Assembly (NCBI GenBank): GCA_035461245.1
Contig: DATHVP010000025.1
Span: forward strand, 79,714 to 143,713
From: Longimicrobiales bacterium
GTDB lineage: Bacteria; Gemmatimonadota; Gemmatimonadetes; Longimicrobiales; RSA9
DNA length: 64,000 nt
Direction: 5' to 3'
Shown: positions 19,474 through 25,886 of the stretch, piece by piece
Position numbering within the stretch: the first letter of the stretch is position 1
Layout: each line of letters opens with the position of its first letter
Translations under genes and position numbers: made by a program
The notes under the pieces: model-generated
What the model was told of the DNA's origin: nothing
What the model saw: only the letters and a program-made list of their open reading frames with translations
Databases searched by the model: none

Positions 19474-22191
19474 ATGAACTGGATACCGGACCGCTACCGG
19501 GAGTTGCGGAGCAGGCTGCGCCCTGAGCGCATCGCGGACGATGTGGATGAGGAACTGGAGCTGCACCTCGCGCTGCGGGCGGCGGAACTGGAGGCGACAG
19601 GCCTGTCACCGGCGAGCGCGCGCGAGGAAGCGCTGCGCCGGTTCGGCAGCGTGCAGCATTACCGGGCACAGACGTGTGCCATAGACGAGAGCATCCGGAG
19701 GGAGCGACGTCGCATGGAAATTCTTGACGCGGTCCGGCGGGAGACGCGGCAATCGCTGCGTGCGCTGCTACGCACGCCGGTTTTCACGGTAGTAGCGGTG
19801 CTGACGCTGGCCCTGGGGATCGGCGCCACGACGGCCATCTTTACGCTGCTTGACTCCATAGTGCTGCGACCGCTGCCGTACCCTGAGCCGGACCGGCTGG
19901 TCCAGATCAACCACGCGGTGCCGGGCGTGCAGGAGGGGCAGGAGTGGGGCAACTCCATTGGCAGCTACCTGTACTATGGGGAGGCGAGCACCTCGTTCGC
20001 CGGATGGGGCGCGGCGTCGGCGACGACGCTGACCATCTCCGGGGATGGGGATGCGGAGCGGCTGGGTGCGGCGACGGCATCGGAGTCCCTGTTCCGGGTG
20101 CTGGGCGCCCGTATGGTGCGGGGCCGCCTCTTCACGCCCGAGGAGGACAGCCCTGGCGCCGACCGGGTGGTGGTGCTGAGCCACGAGATCTGGCAGGCGC
20201 GCTACGGCGGTGACCCGGACATCATTGGCCGGACGATCCACATCAACGCCGTGCCGACGCCTGTGGTGGGCGTGCTGGAGCCCGGCTTCTCGCTGCCGAA
20301 TCACGAGACGCATTTCTGGCTGCCGCTGCAGATGGACCCGGCCCGGGCGGACATCAACGCGCACATGATGTTCACGACTTACGCGCGCCTGGCCCCGGAT
20401 ATCATGCCGGAAGCGGCGCAGGCCGATCTGGAGCGGCTGGTGCCGAACCTGCCGGGTCTCTACCCGAACGCATACGGCGGTACGTGGATTGAGCGAACCG
20501 GCTTCACACCGCGGGTGCATGCGCTGCGCGACGTGGTGCTGGGTGCCACCGGCGACCGGGCGGGCGTTGACCGCGTGCTCTGGATGCTGCTGGGTGCCGT
20601 CTCGCTGGTGCTGCTGATTGCGTGCGCGAACGTGGCCAACCTGATGCTTGTCCGGGCGGAAGCACGTCGCCGCGAACTTTCCGTGCGGGCCGCGCTGGGC
20701 GCGGAGCGCGCGCACATGGCGGTGCACTACCTGACGGAGAGCATGCTGCTCACGGGCACGGCCGCCCTCTTGGGCATCCTGCTGGCGTTCGGCGGCGTCC
20801 AGCTCCTGCTGGCGTCAGCGCCCGCCACCCTGCCGCGGCTGGCGGATGTGGCGCTCTCCGCCAATGCGCTGCTCTTTGCCATCGGTGTCAGCGCGGTTAC
20901 CGGACTCTTCTTCGGGCTGGTGCCCATCATCCGGTCGGCCGCGGATTTCACGGAACTGCGGGAGAGTGGCCGGGGGCTGACGGTGTCGCGGCGGCGCCAG
21001 CTCGTGCGCAACGGCCTGGTCGTCGGCCAGGTGTCGCTTGCGCTTGTGCTGCTCGCCGCCGGCGGTCTGATGTTCCAGAGCTTCCTGAACCTGCGGGCCG
21101 TGCAGTCGGGCGTGGAAGGCGAGCGGGTACTCACCTTCAACGTGACGCTGCCCTGGGCCCGCTACCAGGACGAGGCGGCGGTGTTCCGCTTCCAGCAGCA
21201 GTTCGTGGAACGCCTCGAGGCACTGCCCGGCGTGGACGTGGCGGGCGCCACATCTTCGCTGCCGCTTGCGGGGGTCGGCGGCTGCAGTCACACCGTCGGC
21301 GAGGACTCGACGACGGGCGGCTGCGTGCCCACCGTATTCGTGCTGCCGGGCTACTTCGAGGCACTGGGCATCGGCGTGCGGGGAGCAGCCCCGAGCTGGA
21401 GCGACCTGGAACGACGGGCGGACGGGGCGGTCATCAGCCGCGCCCTGGCCGAACGCCTCTGGCCGGGACAGGACCCCCTGGGCCGACGGCTGATCTCATT
21501 CCAGGACGGGCCGCCGTGGTACACCGTCATCGGTGTGGCCGACGACGTGCGCGCTGAAGGCCTCGACCAGCCACCGACGCAGGCCGTGTACTACCCGGTG
21601 AGGCGCCCGGACGCCGAGGGGTACTGGGGCCCGGAATTGCAGCGAGGCATGGGCTTCGTCGTGAGGACCACGCTTGACCGGCCGGACCTGCTCACGCCGG
21701 ACGTGCGCAGCATGCTGCGGGAGATGGACCCGGAGGTGCCGCTCTCCCTGACGCGCACCATGGAGGACGTCATCATGAGTTCGGAGACGATGGCGCGGAC
21801 ATCCTTCACCATGCTGCTCCTCGGTCTCGCGGCGTTCATGGCGCTGTTCCTGAGCGGCGTGGGGCTGTACGGCGTGATCGCCTACCTGGTGGGCCGGCGC
21901 CGCGCAGAGATAGGCGTGCGCATGGCCCTCGGCGCGCGGGTCTCCGAGGTAGCTCGCATGGTGGTACTGCAATCCGTGCGGCTGACCGTGGTGGGCATCG
22001 TCCTCGGCATCGTCGGCGCCCTGGCCCTTACGCGCAGCCTGCAATCGCTGCTCTACGACGTCGTGCCCGCTGACCCCCTCACGCTGGTCCTCGTCAGCGG
22101 CGTGCTGCTGACGGTGGCCGTGCTGGCCAGCATCGTACCGGCAGGCCGGGCTGCCCGGACACCGCCATCCGACGCGCTCCGCGCGGACTGA
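19474..22191 (+). CDS. ADOP-type duplicated orphan permease (MacB/FtsX-like, no cognate ATPase in window)
   Basis: N-terminal permease-prefix helix (DDVDEELELHLALRAAELEATGLSPASAREEALRRFG), then two MacB-periplasmic-domain plus FtsX 4-TM modules. Immediately downstream of padR. Confidence 0.85.
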   Translation: MNWIPDRYRELRSRLRPERIADDVDEELELHLALRAAELEATGLSPASAREEALRRFGSVQHYRAQTCAIDESIRRERRRMEILDAVRRETRQSLRALLRTPVFTVVAVLTLALGIGATTAIFTLLDSIVLRPLPYPEPDRLVQINHAVPGVQEGQEWGNSIGSYLYYGEASTSFAGWGAASATTLTISGDGDAERLGAATASESLFRVLGARMVRGRLFTPEEDSPGADRVVVLSHEIWQARYGGDPDIIGRTIHINAVPTPVVGVLEPGFSLPNHETHFWLPLQMDPARADINAHMMFTTYARLAPDIMPEAAQADLERLVPNLPGLYPNAYGGTWIERTGFTPRVHALRDVVLGATGDRAGVDRVLWMLLGAVSLVLLIACANVANLMLVRAEARRRELSVRAALGAERAHMAVHYLTESMLLTGTAALLGILLAFGGVQLLLASAPATLPRLADVALSANALLFAIGVSAVTGLFFGLVPIIRSAADFTELRESGRGLTVSRRRQLVRNGLVVGQVSLALVLLAAGGLMFQSFLNLRAVQSGVEGERVLTFNVTLPWARYQDEAAVFRFQQQFVERLEALPGVDVAGATSSLPLAGVGGCSHTVGEDSTTGGCVPTVFVLPGYFEALGIGVRGAAPSWSDLERRADGAVISRALAERLWPGQDPLGRRLISFQDGPPWYTVIGVADDVRAEGLDQPPTQAVYYPVRRPDAEGYWGPELQRGMGFVVRTTLDRPDLLTPDVRSMLREMDPEVPLSLTRTMEDVIMSSETMARTSFTMLLLGLAAFMALFLSGVGLYGVIAYLVGRRRAEIGVRMALGARVSEVARMVVLQSVRLTVVGIVLGIVGALALTRSLQSLLYDVVPADPLTLVLVSGVLLTVAVLASIVPAGRAARTPPSDALRAD

Positions 22192-22213
22192 GGGCAGCTG
22201 TTCACGGAAACCC

Positions 22214-22252
22214 GTACAGGGCGGCGGTGACGTGATCACCGTCGCCCTGTAC
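22214..22252 (+). terminator. Intrinsic terminator after the permease gene
   Basis: GTACAGGGCGGCGGTGA (22214-22230) pairs with TCACCGTCGCCCTGTAC (22236-22252). 17-bp stem with 1 mismatch, 5-nt loop, followed by TGCTTTC. Confidence 0.65.
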
Positions 22253-22380
22253 TGCTTTCAGCGACGAACGTGATCCGTGCCGACGGGTATAACGTCATGC
22301 GAGCGGGACGGGCAACGCTTCGGTCCCGCCTTGCGTCGAAACAGCAGCACTCTGATTCACTGACGAGGGAGCACTTCCAT

Positions 22381-23412
22381 ATGCGCAAGACCGCCACCGC
22401 CCTCGCCTGTGCCGGCCTGCTGGGCCTCGGCATCGGTGCCGGGCAGGGAATGACAGGCGGCAACCGTCACATGCCGCTCTTCGCCGACGCGGCGCCACTC
22501 TCCACGCTGGCGCCCGAGCAAGCCATCATCGAAGTAACAAGGCGCGTGACGCCAGCCGTGGTGAGCATCCGCTCCCGGGCCGGCTCCGGATCAGGCGTCA
22601 TCATCCGGCAGGACGGCGTGATCGTGACGAACGCCCACGTCGTGGGCAACATGAACCAGGTGACGGTGGGCCTGGCCACGGGCGAGGAGCGACCGGGCCG
22701 GGTGCTGGGCCGGGATCCGCACATGGACATCGCGGTGGTACAGATCCAGGCGGAAGCGCCGCTGCCGGCCGCGCCGCTGGGCGACTCGGACAACCTCCAG
22801 CCGGGCCAGTCGGCCATCGCCATCGGCAACCCGGCCGGGCTCGAGCGTACTGTCACGACCGGGGTCATCTCCGCGGTGGACCGGATGCTGCCGCAGCCCG
22901 GGATGGAGGAAATGATCCAGACGGACGCGGCCATCAACCCCGGCAACTCCGGTGGACCGCTGCTGGACTCGCAGGGCCGCGTCATCGGCATCAATACCGT
23001 GGTGCTCCAGGGCCGCGGCGTCGGCCCGGCGCTGGTCGGCCTCGGTTTCGCCGTACCCATCAATGCGGCCCGGGACATTGCAGACCAGCTCCTCACCACC
23101 GGCCGCATCGTCCGCCCGTTCATCGGCATCCGCTACGGCGACGTGACCCGTGAACTCGCCCAGCAGTTCCGGCTGCCGGTGCAGCAGGGCGTCCTCATTG
23201 CCAGCGTCGAGCCGGGCGGCCCGGCGGCAGCGGCCGGGCTTCGTCCCGAGGACATCATCACGGAAGTGAACGGCACTCCTGTCAACTCCGGCGGCGACCT
23301 GCGCCGCCTGCTGCGGGGCACGCAGCCGGGTACGCGGCTGGAGGTGGCCGGCGTCCGTCCATCCGGCCGGTTCACGGCGACAGTAACACTGGCGGCCATG
23401 GAACTGCGCTAA
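22381..23412 (+). CDS. HtrA/DegP-family periplasmic serine protease with one PDZ domain
   Basis: Catalytic triad contexts VTNAHVV, DIAVVQI and GNSGGPLLD. C-terminal PDZ (GVLIASVEPGGPAAAAGLRPEDIITEVNG). Signal peptide starts at ATG 22381. Confidence 0.9.
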   Translation: MRKTATALACAGLLGLGIGAGQGMTGGNRHMPLFADAAPLSTLAPEQAIIEVTRRVTPAVVSIRSRAGSGSGVIIRQDGVIVTNAHVVGNMNQVTVGLATGEERPGRVLGRDPHMDIAVVQIQAEAPLPAAPLGDSDNLQPGQSAIAIGNPAGLERTVTTGVISAVDRMLPQPGMEEMIQTDAAINPGNSGGPLLDSQGRVIGINTVVLQGRGVGPALVGLGFAVPINAARDIADQLLTTGRIVRPFIGIRYGDVTRELAQQFRLPVQQGVLIASVEPGGPAAAAGLRPEDIITEVNGTPVNSGGDLRRLLRGTQPGTRLEVAGVRPSGRFTATVTLAAMELR

Positions 23413-23471
23413 GCGGCACCAGCCGTTCAGGCCGCCCGGGTCGCAGACCGATCGGACATGTCACCAACGAG

Positions 23472-23500
23472 AAGGGCGAGGTCCTGTGGCCTCGCCCCTT
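23472..23500. terminator. Hairpin between convergent htrA and terB genes (possible bidirectional terminator)
   Basis: AAGGGCGAGG pairs with CCTCGCCCCTT (8 GC-rich bp plus 2 bp across a 1-nt bulge), with an 8-nt loop. Confidence 0.5.
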
Positions 23501-23533
23501 CGCGTGTCAGCAGACGTACGGCGCAGCCGGGCG

Positions 23534-24094
23534 TCAGTCTTCCTCGCCCTCGACGTTCCTGCGGGCGAAGGAGAGGTAGCCCGGCTCCAGGTCCAGCAGG
23601 TTTGCGATCTTGCGCAGCATGTAGCCCTCGTGCCGCTGGACCCTGCCGTCGGTGAGGATCACGCCCCACATGATCTCCGCAAGCAGCGTCTTCTGGCCCA
23701 GGTCATAGTGCTGGCGGATGAGGGACGTGAACTGGTACAGGTCGACGGCCTGGGTCCGCTCCGCTTCCGCCAGTTCCATGAGCGCTTCCGCCGTCTCCTG
23801 GTCCAGGTCGAAGTGCCGCCGCATGACGGCCTCGATGTGGAGGCGCTCGTCGTCGGTGAAGTTGTCGTCCGCCCACGCCAGTTCCAGCAGCAGTGCGCAT
23901 GCCGCGACGTGAAGGCGCTGGCGCATGTCGAGCTCGGCATGCGCCCGGGATGCTGCCTGCGACGACGTCGCATCCGACACCTCGTCGTCATCCAGCGTGA
24001 ACCGGCGTCCGCCGCCGGGCTTCGGGGGCGCCATGCGCTCCCGGAACAGTTCCTCGATGGCCCGCCTCACTGCCGCCTCCCGCTCGCTTTTCAT
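23534..24094 (-). CDS. TerB-family (tellurite-resistance-like) protein
   Basis: LLLELAWADDNFTDDERLHIEAVMRRHF...LAEIMWGVILTDGRVQRHEGYMLRKIANLL are TerB-type paired helices with the D-x-x-x-x-x-E signature. ATG 24094 overlaps the dipeptidase stop (ATGA). Confidence 0.75.
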   Translation of the reverse strand: MKSEREAAVRRAIEELFRERMAPPKPGGGRRFTLDDDEVSDATSSQAASRAHAELDMRQRLHVAACALLLELAWADDNFTDDERLHIEAVMRRHFDLDQETAEALMELAEAERTQAVDLYQFTSLIRQHYDLGQKTLLAEIMWGVILTDGRVQRHEGYMLRKIANLLDLEPGYLSFARRNVEGEED

Positions 24095-25353
24095 GAACCC
24101 TGTAGTTCCCCTGCCACCCGTTCCGTCTCCCGCCATACCCGCAGCAGGTTGCCGCCCCACAGCTTGCGGATCTCCTCCTCCGAGTAGCCGCGCCGCACAA
24201 GTTCCAGCGTGACGTTGAAGGTCTCGGACGCATCGCTCCAGCCGGTGACGCCACCGCCGCCGTCGAAGTCCGAGCTGATGCCGACATGGTCGATGCCGAT
24301 GAGCTTGACGGCGTAATCGATATGGTCAACGAAGTCCTGGAGCGTGGCCGCCGGCCAGCGCGCCTCGATCTCAGCCATGCGCGCGTCGTAACGGGCGCGG
24401 TCGGCGGGCTCCAGGTCCTGCACGCGCAGGGCCTGGCCGATGCCGAACTCCTCCCGCAGCGCCGTCAGCGCCGCCGTGCGCTGGGGCGGCGTGTCCTTGA
24501 CGAAGCTGCCCAGGGCGACGATGTGCATGACGCCACCCGTGGCCGCCAGCGCCTGCATCATCTCGTCGTCCATGTTGCGATGCGTGGTGGCAATGGCCCG
24601 CACTGACGAGTGGGACGACATGATGGGCGCCCTGGAGACGCGCGCGGCATCCAGCAACGTTGCCTTCGAGACGTGCGCCACGTCTACCATGATGCCCAGT
24701 CGGTTCATCTCCGCCACAACCTGCTCACCGAACGGGCTCAGGCCGTTGTGCTTCGGGCCGCTCTCCCACCGGCCGGGGGTCCACGAGTCGCCGATGGCGT
24801 TGTGGCCATTGTGCGTCAGCGTCATGTAGCGGGCGCCCAGCTCGTGGTACCTCGCCAGCAGCGACAGGTCCTCGCCGATGGCATAGCCGTTCTCGATGCC
24901 GATGGCGGCGACGAGCTTGCCGCTGGCATGGATGCGCTCCACGTCGTCCGCCGTGTACGCCAGCTCGATGCGGTCCGGGCACAGGTTGTACGTCATGCGA
25001 CGGATGGCGTTGAACTTCGTCATCGCCTGGTCCTTCGCCCGCGCCGTGTTCTCCGGCGTCGGCTCCGTCTGCCCCATGTAGACGACGAAGAAGCCCGCGT
25101 CCAGCCCGCCCCGCTCCATCTTCGGCATGTCCACCTGCATGCGCGTGCCGGAGCACGGGTTCATGTCGGCGGTGGCAAAGGTGAACGGGATGTCGTCGTG
25201 CGTGTCTATGGTGATGACGGCCTCGTGGATGCGACGGGCGCGCTCGACGAGTTCGTCGTCCGCCTGCTGCCCGTGCAGCGGCGCGAGTCCAGGGACGACG
25301 GTGGCGACGGTCAGGAACAGCGCGCTGGCGAGCGGTCGAGTGGTGCGGAGCAT
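24091..25353 (-). CDS. Membrane dipeptidase, peptidase family M19
   Basis: VITIDTHDDIPF, YMTLTHNGHNAIGDSW, DVAHVS and GISSDFDGGGG motifs of renal-dipeptidase-type zinc enzymes. Signal peptide present. GGAGGA SD before ATG 25353. Confidence 0.9.
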   Translation of the reverse strand: MLRTTRPLASALFLTVATVVPGLAPLHGQQADDELVERARRIHEAVITIDTHDDIPFTFATADMNPCSGTRMQVDMPKMERGGLDAGFFVVYMGQTEPTPENTARAKDQAMTKFNAIRRMTYNLCPDRIELAYTADDVERIHASGKLVAAIGIENGYAIGEDLSLLARYHELGARYMTLTHNGHNAIGDSWTPGRWESGPKHNGLSPFGEQVVAEMNRLGIMVDVAHVSKATLLDAARVSRAPIMSSHSSVRAIATTHRNMDDEMMQALAATGGVMHIVALGSFVKDTPPQRTAALTALREEFGIGQALRVQDLEPADRARYDARMAEIEARWPAATLQDFVDHIDYAVKLIGIDHVGISSDFDGGGGVTGWSDASETFNVTLELVRRGYSEEEIRKLWGGNLLRVWRETERVAGELQGS

Positions 25354-25411
25354 CGGGGTTCCTCCGGGCAGGACGGGATCGGTTGCTGAGGCAATCTAGG
25401 CGGCGGATGGG

Positions 25412-25495
25412 CGACAGGCTACGGGCGGCAGGCTGCGGCCAGGAAGCTGCGGGCGACAGGCTGCGGGCAGGAAGCTGCGGGCGGGAAGCCGTTCG
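25412..25495. repeat. Degenerate 14-bp tandem repeat (about 5.5 copies; two alternating subtypes giving a 28-bp super-unit)
   Basis: cgacaggctacggg / cggcaggctgcggc / caggaagctgcggg / cgacaggctgcggg / caggaagctgcggg / cgggaagccgttcgg, read directly from the sequence. Confidence 0.85.
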
Positions 25496-25564
25496 GTAAA
25501 GCGCGCGCCGGAAGGTGATCGGCGAAGTCGGTCCGCGGCCGCACCGCCATCAGAGGTCCCGTGC

Positions 25565-25664
25565 TGCCGCAGAGTCGACAATCCAGACGGTCCTCCCGGC
25601 AGTTTGTCGACTCTGCGGCACCATCGGGCGGAGTTATGCTGCAAAACTGCCGCAGAGTCGACAA
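25565..25664. repeat. Three copies of a 17-nt sequence in direct-inverted-direct order (TGCCGCAGAGTCGACAA)
   Basis: Copy A is 25565-25581 (+), copy B is 25604-25620 (reverse complement), copy C is 25648-25664 (+). All three are perfect. A:B gives a 17-bp stem and B:C an 18-bp stem. Confidence 0.9.
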
Positions 25665-25722
25665 AGTAGCCGGATACCACTGTAGATTGTGGACCTTGCG
25701 GCGGACGGCTGGGCCCTCGATT

Positions 25723-25826
25723 CGCGACGCGGCGGGGCAGCGACTTGGCGGGGCAGCGACTTGGCGGGGCAGCGACGCGGCGGGGCAGCGACTTGGCGGG
25801 GCAGCGGCGCGGCGGTGGCGGCCCAG
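25723..25826. repeat. 16-bp G-rich tandem repeat, 5 full copies plus partial flanks (GGCGGGGCAGCGACTT)
   Basis: Units begin at 25731, 25747, 25763, 25779 and 25795, differing only in the last 2-4 nt. There is a partial unit on each side. Confidence 0.9.
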
Positions 25827-25886
25827 GAAACTCGTCGCACCGCGCGCTGCCGCCTCCGCTGGCGCCCGCCAGCATGGCGCCGCCCA

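Noticed and set aside
25723-25826. Regularly spaced 16-bp repeats that could superficially suggest a CRISPR-like array.
   Set aside because: The units are contiguous with no spacers, are far shorter than CRISPR repeats, and no cas genes are present. This is a simple tandem repeat.
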